Origin: Paraphysomonas bandaiensis
Taxonomy: Eukaryota > Protista > Chrysophyceae
Length of the DNA stretch: 64,000 nt
Direction: 5' to 3'
Assembly: GCA_965644295.1 (NCBI GenBank)
Contig: CBFFRP010000475.1
Coordinates: 1-64,000, forward strand
The notes under the pieces were generated by a model, which was not told where the DNA came from, did no database searches, and saw nothing but the letters and a program-made list of their open reading frames with translations. Each line of letters opens with the position of its first letter. Position 1 is the stretch's first letter. A program made the translations under genes and the position numbers. Of the stretch, positions 49,482 to 61,000 are shown piece after piece.

Positions 49482-51543
49482 ATGTTAAAACGAAAATATT
49501 CTGATACAGAATTAGAAGATTTTGATACACATGAAGATCAAGAAGTTACTCATGAGGAAGCATTAAGAAGCTTTCATCAAATCACTGAACAATCATCACA
49601 TTCATCTGAGACTGATGGCATATTGATCATATCAGAGAAACCAGCACCATTACTATCATCACATGAATCATCACAGATACATACACATGATGATACTACA
49701 TCAAGAAAAACGAATTCAATGCCACGATGGAGTGAAGAGGAAGACAAGATGCTTGCTGCGGTATGTATGTATACATACATGTATAGAGAGAGATGTGCAT
49801 ACATACATATGTATACGTTAGATGGTTATATGCATGAGGTGGATATATATGCTAGATGTATGTATATGCTAGATGTATGTATACATATATATATATATAA
49901 AGGTGGATGGATACATTTGCATATTTTATATGGTTTGTGCACAGGCGATCGATCAATGTGCTTGGGAGAATCGCAATATGTCGATAGACTGGTCTATTGT
50001 ATCTGCGAAGCTTAATACTGGCCGCCCCCCTGACCAGTGTGCTCGTCGTTGGAACAATGCCTTAAAATATCGTCGCTCTGACTACCACTCCCTGCCATGG
50101 ACGAAAGAGGAGGACGACCGTCTAGAAGCATCAGTGAAAATGTATGAAGGACAAGGTGTGCGTGGCGGTGTCGATTGGGAGAAGGTTCGAATGGAGGTTG
50201 GAGAGAGACGAACAGTGAATCAGTGTCGTGGGCGTTGGAACGGGATCCTCAAGCATCGCACACCGCATGTTCGTAACACTCCGTGGTCTAAGGAGGAAGA
50301 TGATCTCTTGTTGGAGGCAGTTGCTCTGCATGAAGGGAATGGAAGGAGAGGGGCAGTAAACTGGTCTGCTGTCAGCCAACACCTACAGGGAACCCGTACT
50401 GGACAGCAGTGCTCTCACCGTTGGAACCGTGTCTTAAAGAACCGGGAATTGGCCTCCAGTGGACGTCCGTGGACGGATGAAGAAGATGAGCGACTCAAGG
50501 CTGCTGCAGATGAATTCAGTGGGCAAGGCTTAAGGGGCGGTGTAGACTGGCAAAAAGTAACGGAGCGAATGGGCGGAGAGCGTACTCCACAACAGTATGG
50601 TCACCGCTGGAATCGAGTTGTACGCTTCAAGGACTCCGCCAATAGGAATACGCCGTGGACACCGATAGAGGATGAGCGGTTGTTGGAAGGGGTGGCTTTG
50701 TATGAGGGTCAGGGGCTGCGTGGGGCAGTGGACTGGGGTCGAGTGTGTGAGTACCTTGGAGGTGACAGGACCGCGCAGCAGTGCTGCCATCGCTGGTGCG
50801 GAGTATTACGCCATCGTGGTAGCAATTCTAAGACTTCGTCCTGGACAGAGGAAGAGGATGAACGACTGACAGAAGCGGTACGCTTATACAGCAATCAAGG
50901 CCTGCGTGGAGGGGTTGCCTGGGGAAAAGTTAGTGAATATATGGACCTCGAGAGGACTTCTCAGCAGTGCTCCCACCGTTGGAATCGTGTACTACGTAAT
51001 CGCTTAGTGCCCACTAATACATCTCCTTGGACGGAGGAGGAGGATGCCAGTCTACGAGAAGCGGTGACAGAGTATGCTGGACAAGGTCTTCGTGGTGGGG
51101 TGGACTGGGGCAAAGTTGCTGGCGCCATAAACACTGGACGTACACCGCAACAGTACTGCACCCGATGGTACCGCGTTCTCAAGAATGCTGACAATGTGAG
51201 AGGAGCCTGCTGGACTCCGGAGTATGATCAGCGCCTGGTTGAAGCCGTAGAGATGTGTAAAGGCATGGGACGGGGTGGGACTGTGGACTGGGTCCGAGTC
51301 TGTCATCTCATGGGCCTCAATAGGACGCGAGAGCAGTACTGCGGGCGGTGGAACGGTGTACTAAAGCAGCGACTAGCGAAGGCAAATGCACAACCTGAAC
51401 CCAACCAGGAAATTTCTATGCCGGAGCTGACGGGTGCTCCTGTGGGCTTACCAACTGCTGCCCAAATGACAGTCCAGCCACAAGCACATGTAGGACAACC
51501 CATGCCAGCCCCGCGCCCGTCTTCACATCTGTTCGAAGTATAG
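49482..51543 (+). CDS. Myb/SANT protein with 8 tandem ~62-aa repeats; intron 49761-49944
   Basis: Eight units of W[ST]xEEDxxL...[DNA]WxxV...RTxxQ[CY]xxRW; the phase-0 intron joins the two halves of repeat 1. Confidence 0.92.
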
Positions 51544-51811
51544 AATGGATTGTAGCTCACTGCACCATTGACTTGCTATACTAAGTGGAAGAGAGTTATG
51601 TTGTTACTTGTATATTACATTTTGTGATAAATATAATGTTCTGAATTGCCTTTAAATGGTGCATATATTTTTGTGACAAAGCGCTTTGTGATAATAATAG
51701 TTGTTTTACACATCCGAGAATACACAATTTTTAGTTCGTGATTATTTACATAAAATATTCATTTAGGTAAAGAACAGCAACACGCACGATGAGTTCAAAC
51801 TAGGGGAAAAT

Positions 51812-51936
51812 ATATTGCAATACTATTGTTAGATAGCGCTCCTTCAACAGTATTGATGGAGTTTTTAAATCGGCCCAACAATACTACTCCATCAATACTG
51901 TTGAAGGAGCGCTATCTAACAATAGTATTGCAATAT
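51812..51936. repeat. Perfect 51-bp inverted repeat with 23-nt spacer
   Basis: 51812-51862 is the reverse complement of 51886-51936. Confidence 0.95.
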
Positions 51937-52121
51937 TTTAGTATCTATAATCAGTAAGTAAACACATCCGTAGATTCAATTATTAGTACTTGTCATTTTA
52001 AGGTCACTTGATAATCAAACCCACTGCTTCTTAACTAATTAAAAGTTTCCTTATTCTCATCTTCTAAACCATCATCGGTGACGTCAACATCACAATATTC
52101 ATCCAATATTAATTGAAATAT

Positions 52122-52613
52122 ATATTGAAAGTCTTATTATTAGCAATAGGCGTTAAAAACCTGCACCAACTTAGTAGCTAGATGAATGCTAGACAAACTA
52201 GTTAGACCTCTACCTGTAACTAACTAGTACACACTTTTTTATTCTACTATTTAACGCTACGAAAGCTGCTTGTGCGTCGCCGAAAGCACCAAGGTGCGAC
52301 CACTTCCGCTCTGAGTTCTAAAGGTGAACATCCCGGATGCTTGACTTCAGCAGGCAGCCCAATACCCCGGTTACCCTTCAGGTGGGCCCATTCCCGGATG
52401 CCTGTTTATTCGTCAGGGCCCAAAGACGTCTATACACAAGTGACACTTATTGGTGTCCCTTGTACCACACAAGCATTCGGCAATGAGTGGACAGAAGAAT
52501 ATCTGCTGACTATATTTGCGGCTCACTTTAGTTTCCCAGAGAGAATCTCTCCGGTACTTATGTACTTATCCCCCAGAACACCACGAAAAGGTGCAAGTCC
52601 GACTTTGTTGAGG
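52122..52613 (-). mobile_element. R1 retroposon, full-length copy
   Basis: 15-bp TSD TATTAATTGAAATAT (52107-52121, 52614-52628); inserted in or next to the hAT relic. Confidence 0.8.
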
Positions 52614-52628
52614 TATTAATTGAAATAT

Positions 52629-53001
52629 GCTTGCATCCGGCTACAACTGTCGACTAGTTTTCAGAAACAACAGCATATTAAGTGTAGTAGGATGCATAGT
52701 TTTGCTGCGTTGAACAGGCGTTCACAAGTATTGAAAGTACTTACTACATGACTCGTGCATTTAGATACTTAGATATTTCAAGTTTCCGTTTCATACTTTT
52801 TTGAGCTGAGTGAAGAATTTTTTCCGCATAGCCAACTTCTGCTTCATCATTCTCTGTATTGTTGCAATAATCACTGTCTGAACAGAGATATATTCTAACA
52901 TCATCTTTCTCAAATCTTGTCAACTCATATTCTTTGCCTGCTTGGAGTTTTGCAATTCCATTCTCAAAATTCGGATCATTAACAATTCGGATCCAAACCA
53001 T
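52629..53001 (-). pseudogene. hAT-like transposase C-terminal relic
   Basis: IVNDPNFENGIAKLQ...LTRFE...YAEKIL...SKY, then in another frame STFNTCERLFNAAKL, like the hATC dimerisation motif TSxxxERxFS. Confidence 0.7.
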
Positions 53002-53006
53002 AGTGA

Positions 53007-53535
53007 ATGTCTTATTATTATTAGCACTAGGCGTTTAAGAGTCAGAACTAATTTAAGAGCATTGTAATTTAACGAACTAGTGCTTAACTCTGATATCCTA
53101 CTGTTTACCGCTACGAAAGCTGCTTGTGTGTCACCGCAAGCACCAAGGTGCAATCACTTTCGCTCTACCACTCAAAGCAAACGCAGTGAGCAAGCAGAAT
53201 GTTGATATATACCTTATACCTGACATCTGCTGACTTCAGGTTTTTTGAGTCCTTAAGGTGAGCACCCCGGATGCTTGACTTTAACAGGCAGCCCAATACC
53301 CCGGTTACCCTTCAGGTGGGACCATTTCTCGATGCCTATTTATTCGTCAGGGCCCAAAGACGTCTACATAAGTGACACTTTTTGGTGTCCCTTGTACCAC
53401 ACAAGCATTTGACTATGCGGGCAGAACAATATCTGCTGACTATATATGTGGCTCGCGTTAGTTTCCTGGAGAAATCTCTCTGGTTCCTATCCCCCAAAAC
53501 CCCACGAAAATGTGCGAGTCCGACTTTGTTGAGGG
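53007..53535 (-). mobile_element. R1 retroposon, longer variant
   Basis: Same right end (CCGACTTTGTTGAGGG) as the 20.9-kb and 52.6-kb copies, with extra internal sequence shared with the 57.2-kb and 63.7-kb fragments. Confidence 0.75.
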
Positions 53536-54190
53536 TGTTCGTGTCCTCATTTGTCGTTGGTAGCTTAAATAAAAATATCAATATTTGCCATGTTTACTCA
53601 TGAAAGTTACTGAACTTTAAACTAATACAACACTCAAATTATGAAACTTGTGATAATTGCTGTACATCTTCACACTATTTATTGAACCCACTTGCTATAT
53701 CGATTGACTTTTTGCAAGCATTTACGCAGTCAAGGGTCATGGTTTGCTACCACAATAATATTTATAATAATGTTTCATCAATTTCATAAAACATTGTCTT
53801 CGACAAAGGTTGCAATTCAAAAATCTTGTATACAACTTTCTTTGATTCCTCACTTTAGCGAAACTACACACATATTTATCACTGCTGTAGTCGTGTATAA
53901 ACTCAACTAAGTGAAAACTCATGAGCAGAAGTATCATCAGTGTGAATTGAATGTATTCATTCCTTGTATAAGTGGCAAAAGCAGATGCGCAAAAAATCTT
54001 TTTGGAAGCAAAAATATATTAATTATAGTGTGACCTGCTTACTGCTGCATACCAAGTCACGGTTTCGAAAAGGGAATATCGTACATGCGCACTTGCTATT
54101 AGTAACTAATAAGAATACTTAAAAAACATAGTGTAAAAAATAGCTCGAAAGATCGAAAAATATTCTATACGACAAGAATGTCACAAAAAA

Positions 54191-55467
54191 CTATAGCAAT
54201 AGTTTCTTCACTCCGCATTCCGGAGATATATAAGAGTATTCCGACAAAATTTGTCGCATTGGAGAAGGAAGGGTGGAAGTATTCACTGGATCCCGTTTGG
54301 AAATGCAGTCCATAGAGTACTTCTCCTCCAGACATGATCTAGTAATGTTGACATCAACTTGCAAAGGAGATACAATTTTCTTTGTCAAGAGCTTGTGCCA
54401 ATCCAAGACACGGAAAAATGGGTGGCGTTGTAAGGCCCCAAAATTAGGCCCCGCACCAAGTCGCTGTGGAATCCGGACATCCATCAGGCCACGTAACGCT
54501 GACACAAACGCTGATGAGACGCGTTCTCCACAACGCGTCAAGGAAGGTAGTCTGACCATCATAGATATTGGCAATGATACCGACGCAGAGGATCGAAAAA
54601 TGTCAGCGACGCCTTCACTTAAAGTTCTGGTGCTAATTGAAAACTCATCGACACAGGTCTCATTGGAGCTAAATGAATAGCTAGTTTTATATTGGTCCAA
54701 TTCCCACAGATCCCTGTAAGTTTCCTCTACGAATGTTACAAAATGTGTCGGGCAGTTACAAGAGAATGGCATTTCCCCAAACAGGAGGGCATACATCACA
54801 ACCCCTAAGTTCCAGAAGTCTGATTCGGTGCTGTGACAGTGAGTAGAAGTAAGAACCTCTGGTGCTATATACCCCGCGGTTCCAGTGCTTGCGGTGCACA
54901 CCATAGTTGATGTGGCGATATGAGATAAAGAAAAGTTTGTTAATCTTGGATACCCTTGGCCATCCAGAACAATATTGGAAAGTGTCACATCTGTAAATAA
55001 GGAAATAAATGTGAGCATGTAATGTCTAAATATCTTAATAAAGTCTTACCTCTGTGAATTACTCCATGATAATGAATGTGGTTTAACGCAGAAGCTGTAC
55101 ATGCAATAATAAAAGCAACATCCTGTTCAGTGAATTCAACTCCATCTCTTAGATGATAATTCAAGTCCCCGCCATCAAAGAGATCAAGTACCAATACACA
55201 ATTCGTCGTATCTCGAAAAGCCCAATTCAAGTTACAAATAAAATTATTGTATGAGAGTCTTTTTAAAGAGGAAATCTCAGCATGTAACGCATCCGTACCT
55301 CCAGTTCGAGATACACAGTCTTCAATATTGAAAACTTTTAATGAATATTGTGATTTGTTTGGAGCGTAAGTGCCTCGATAAACATCACTGTAAGAATCTT
55401 CACCAATTTTAATACATGGTGAGAAATTATTGAGTTCACTGTGTGATAATGATGCACTTGAACCCAT
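54191..55467 (-). CDS. AGC-group (YANK/STK32-like) probable pseudokinase, N-myristoylated; one intron ~54993-55049
   Basis: MGSSAS; GEDSYSDV; YSLK; GGDLNYHL; IHR|DVTLSN; TNFSL in place of DFG; GTAGYIAPE; QRLG..HPFF..DW. Confidence 0.85.
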
Positions 55468-56103
55468 CAGATCGTGTTGATATTCTCAGATATAAATACT
55501 GAGAGATGGTCTATAGGAATAGTTTGACTGTCATGAGCAATACACAGTAATATATAATGAACTAGAGATGGAAGTATAGCAATCATATGATTCAATCACA
55601 GAACATTATGCATTGCAGTCAACATTGAAGTTATGAGCTAGAGTTGCATATATTTCAACCCTGCTATGCATGCAGACATTCTAATCCCCCATATGGACAT
55701 ATGGTGCATTCAACGGCTATAGAACATTCAACGGATGCATACAAGGGTAGGCTTATATCCTATCATTTTATATTGAAGGTATATAATTGGATAAATAAAG
55801 TTGTAGTTTGAATATTTGTGTGTATTTTCATTCTATATACTTCTATATACGATGGTATACGACGAATACAGTGATATACTGCTGCTGGTGGATGTACTGC
55901 TCTGTATACTGTACTGCCTATAAGAATCCCTGTAGATATTTTGTGAGGTTTTCATAAAATACACTCGTTTTCTTATAATATACACTATATTCTACAAAAT
56001 CGAGGTTTTAAACATTACTTCTATGGGTTTTCCATAAATCTAGTAGATATTTACAAAATCAGTATGTTTTTTTATCTTACAAACTTCCCTTTTTCCGCTT
56101 TTG

Positions 56104-56342
56104 GTACTATGTACTGCTGTGTATGTACTGCTGTGTATGTATATGTATGCACAGTGTATGTACTGCTGTGTATGTACTGCTGTGTATGTATATGTATGCA
56201 CAGTGTATGTACTGCTGTGTATGTACTGCTGTGTATGTACTGCTGTGTATGTACTGCTGTGTATGTACATATATGTATGCACAGTGTATGTACTGCTGTG
56301 TATGTACTGCTGTGTATGTACATATATGTATGCACAGTGTAT
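56104..56342. repeat. Minisatellite (GTATGTACTGCTGT)n interspersed with ATATGTATGCACAGT units
   Basis: Direct 14-bp tandem units. Confidence 0.95.
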
Positions 56343-56612
56343 GATACCCCCCACTATGATCACACACTCTACACACTCATCCATATCTAACCCTTCTACA
56401 CTGTACATTCTCAATCTCATGGATCTGCAGTAGTGAACCTCACCAATACAGACCTTCACATATCTTGGTATCCCACTCAGCGGTGTGCTGTAGATGATCA
56501 TCATCATATCACTGTAATCACAGCTTCGAAACAAACCTTCAAGAGTATTAATGATGATGATGATGATGATGATGGTCAGTCCCTTCAGGGATAAGGTCAC
56601 GTCGTGATCACA

Positions 56613-57251
56613 GTATTGAAGGTCTTACTATTAGCAACAGGCGTTAATATTCAGCACCAGCTTAGTAGTCACAAAGACGAAAAAACAGTATCTTCGAAGT
56701 GTAAAGTACTCACCAACATACTAAACAAAGACGAGGATATACGAAAAGAAGCACTGGTGACTAATGAGGATGGTGAAGCTACCAAGCACACTGGAGAAGC
56801 TAAAGACATTTACGTAATACAGCCAGGGTAATAATATAATATGTTTCAACTAAAGACATGGCGGCCGACATATTCACGAAAGCGCTATCTTCGAAGCTAT
56901 TTAAGATTCATGAAGAAACTATTACAGGGGAGAAGAGGAGTATTTCTAATAAAGTAGAGATAAGCCAGAAGAAGCGCTCAACGAAAGGTTAGGGTATGTT
57001 TTAGTGGGTATGAATCCCACATAACTGTGTTACAGCGAAGTATCATGTACACAGTATATTTATGAAGATTTCACATCCGTTTTATCCTAGATAGCTAGAT
57101 GAATCTAATCAAGCTAGATAGACCTCTAGCAGTAACTAACTAGTACAAACTCTATTATCCTACTATTTAACGCTACGAAAGCTGCTTGCGTCGCCGCAAG
57201 AACCAAGGGTGCATCCACCTCCGCTCTACCACTCAAAGCAAACGTAGTGAG
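56613..57251 (-). mobile_element. R1-like copy interrupted by a copia fragment
   Basis: The R1 consensus CTTAGTAG|CTAGATGAAT is split at ~56667/~57095 by the insert. Confidence 0.7.
56669..57093 (+). mobile_element. Internally deleted copia fragment; twin of 16490-16922
   Basis: DMAADIFTKAL coding sequence plus the 3' UTR GTGGG..CCCAC motif. Confidence 0.85.
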
Positions 57252-57252
57252 G

Positions 57253-57481
57253 GACACTCGACCGAGTACGAGAGTCTGCTACTCTAGAATCAGTAAGAAC
57301 GACCCTTAGGCTTATGCTAGGAGGGTTGGATCCTTCCATTATTTAAGCCAAAGCAATACCGATACTTCGGATTTGCTCTTCATTGGCATTAACAATGGAA
57401 GGATCCAACCCTCCTAGCATAAGCCTAAGGGTCGTTCTTACTGATTCTAGAGTAGCAGACTCTCGTACTCGGTCGAGTGTC
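57253..57481. repeat. Perfect 88-bp inverted repeat with a partly paired 53-nt loop
   Basis: 57253-57340 is the reverse complement of 57394-57481. Confidence 0.96.
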
Positions 57482-58079
57482 TGCTCAACCATAATAACCA
57501 GTAATATGAATAACTAACAATGAATATAAGTATACAGCTACAATAATACTATCTACAAGCAATTTCCAGAGTGAAGAAATTGCATCTTATTATCAATTAT
57601 CAATATTTATCTACCTACGATTCCGTGATCAATGGAATGAACATCATTCATATTCAAGACCAAACACATCAGTCTAACACAGTTGATCATAATAACTCAT
57701 CATCACTGTATAAGGGAAGATACATTCAGTATTCTCATTGTAGTTGAAGCCTTGTATGCGTAGTCCTAAGTACAATCAATCCCCAATAAGCACTGCAGGA
57801 AATACTTAATGTAGTATAACTGTATTACTGGATAATCTGGCAATACACATCTATCAGCGTGGATATCAAACCCGGAATTCTCCAGTAAACTTCTCCATCC
57901 TTAAAGTCAATATATATATATAATAAGAACATATATATATATATATATATCATCCATCATTATGTCTCATTATTGATAATCATGTCTTTCTTTGTCTTTT
58001 GAATGATTAAATAGTTATCAATGATAAGCGTGAATTGTCATAGTCATGATATGTCATATATCTTAGTGTGAGATATGGC

Positions 58080-61000
58080 TGTTGAGAAACGCTCATTCTA
58101 CACTAGATCACAGAGAGAATTTGTCGTAAGACTAGATAGATTTATTAGTATCGTTTACACGAAGTTGTGATAACCAACACTAACTCATTATAATCCCTGC
58201 ATAATATCCTACATATGCGAACCTCTCGTTACTGAACATATCTTGAAAGGTCAACCTATTTCAGTTTCTCAATATCATCACAGCATTTGTACATCACTAT
58301 ATTTCACTGTATTCTCGTACATTGTCTTCAAGTGACATACTGAATATACTAGAATAAGATCCATATTCTAATACTCCCACTCAATGTAGAATGCAGTGAG
58401 ACAAAACAACAGTGATCACAATAATCTGATAATGCTATGACTATCTAGTCCCATAGGTAGAAACAGATGTGAAATCTTTTAAAGATACATATATACCTAG
58501 CAGTCAACTAGATATACAGTTATGTGGGATTTTCACCCACTAAAACACACCTTTAACCTCTTCGGGGTCGTTTCTTCTGCTGCTCCTCCACACTGTTAGA
58601 CACACTCCTCTTAACCCCGGTAATCGTTTTCTCATGACGACTGAAGATCTTCGTGGACAACGCCTTTGTAAAAATATCAGCCGCCATATCATCCGTAGAT
58701 ACATGAATCAATTTTGCTGTAGGAAATTTGCCATTAACATGTTCTCTTATCCAGTGATACTTGATGTCAATATGCTTCGACCTCTTATGATACACTGGAT
58801 TCTCTGAAAGATCCTTTGCACTCTTACTATCCATAAAGAATGGAGTCGGCTTCGTTACCAAGAGTCCGAGCTCCTTGAACACCCCCCGAAGCCACACCAG
58901 TTCTTGCAAAGCCGCATACTCCGCCATATACTCAGATTCCATGCTCGAAGTCGCAACTGTGGTCTGAAGCTTGGACTGCCAGGCCAATGCGCCCGCACAT
59001 AAAAACACAATGTATCCCGTTGTGGATCGCCGAGTCATCCTATCCCCAGCCCAATCTGAATCACTGAATACATGTAAATCAAACTCACTCCCACTGAATC
59101 TGATTCCCTTATCAACTGTACCACGTAAATATTTCAACAAATGAATAGCTAATCTGCAAGTCGCATATGTTGGAGAAGTACTAAATCGAGCCAATAACCC
59201 CACAGCGTAAGCCAGATCAGGTCTAGTGTGAATCGCCAAATGCAACACCGCTCCAATAATTCCTCTATACGGAAATGATTCGACCCACTGCTTCTGCTCC
59301 TCCGTCAGCTCACGTTGATCTGTCAACAAATCCTGAACATTGGTAGGTAGTGGAGTCTCCTTATTCTTACTGCTCTTTCCCATAAACGAACTGAATTTCT
59401 TTACAATATTCTTGGCATATTCCGATTGATCTAACATGTACCAGTCCTCGCCTCTCGTGATTCTGATAGAAACCGTTTGCACACACCCAGATCGTGCATT
59501 TCAAACGTTTCGCAGAACCTACGTTTAACACTTTCTAAGTAGGTGAGATCAGCAGATGCAATGATAATATCATCAACATATATCAGCAATAAGTGCAATT
59601 GACCATTACTCCATCGCATATACAAGCATGTATCTAAAATGCAAGCAGTAAAATGTAACGATTTGATGAACTTGTCAATATGCTTGTTCCACTGCCTCGG
59701 TGATGACCGCAAACCATATAAAGCCTTGATCAATTGAAAACACCACCCCGCTGGCAACTCTTCATCAGGTGGAGGTGCCATATAAACATCCTCTTCAAGA
59801 TCGGCATAACAAAACGCTGATGATACATCCAACTGATGTACATGCATATGGAACATAAACGCAATTGCAAGAACCAGTCGAATGGTTATTCCCTTGACCA
59901 CTGGAGCAAACGTGGACTGCTCCTCCTCCGTTTTTTCTTGTAGATTCCCTAATGCAACCAGCCGCGCCTTATACTTGACTACGTTCCCGAGAAGGTCTCT
60001 CTTCACCGTGTGAACATACTTTGCTCGCACCAACTTCACTCCTCGTGGAGTCCGCACAATCTTTAAGACACGTCTCTTCAGTAGTGAGGTCTTCTCCACC
60101 TTCCGAGCTTCTCTCCACTTCATGTACTGTGGAGATCTCTCTGCTTCAGCATAGGAGTCTGGTGTCTTAAAATCATCATGTTGAAACTCTGCATGTTTAA
60201 AGTTAACAGTGCATGCATCTGGCACCTCAACCATATTTATTTCTCCTAACACCGATGCGTTCGCCAACCTACGCTGTAGCCGTTTCCGCCGTACACGACC
60301 ATCACCATCTAGTTCAATAGGTCGTCTAGTAGTTATATACGAACCCATACCTTGCTCATCCTGAGCCCGCAAATCTTGCGGTGTGGGAGGAGCCCCGCTC
60401 GCATCCCCAGACCCATGGTCTGTCGAGGTCTGCAACCTCACGACTGTCTGTTGACAGGTTGGGTCAGGACTCTCCTGGAACCCTCCAGGTCTTCCCTGGT
60501 CCAGCTCCCTGGCTGGCGTAGTACTCAGGGCGTCCCCCTTTCCTATGTACCCGGTATTCCCGGGGGTTTCTGCAGTCATACGCACCACGTCTTCGACGTG
60601 TATAGGCACCCGGTGCTCTATATGCTCGCGACCTGCAGTAACAAGTGAACGGTATGCTACAATCACACCCTTACGTTCTACAACTCTTGTTGTCTTATAC
60701 AGAAGTCCGTCCTCATCATCAATATGATACGTTCCTTCTAAGCTGACATAGTCGGATGCAAGCTTGGGTCTAGCAGCCTCCCGCACTCGAAGAGCATCAA
60801 TCTCTGCGAAATACTTCTCTGATCGTGATGGCGTTGACTCATCAGTCAATATATGGACTGTAGTCACCACCTTGTTTGATTCAGGAAGATATACATGGTA
60901 TCCTACCTTCTCATCAGAGTAACCCATTAAATATCCAACTAGAGCCTTATCCTCCCAATCCTTTCGTCGATCCGCCTTCGGTGAAAGAACATAAGTTCGA

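Noticed and set aside
56104-56342. CRISPR-like array
   Set aside because: No unique spacers; eukaryotic minisatellite; no cas genes.
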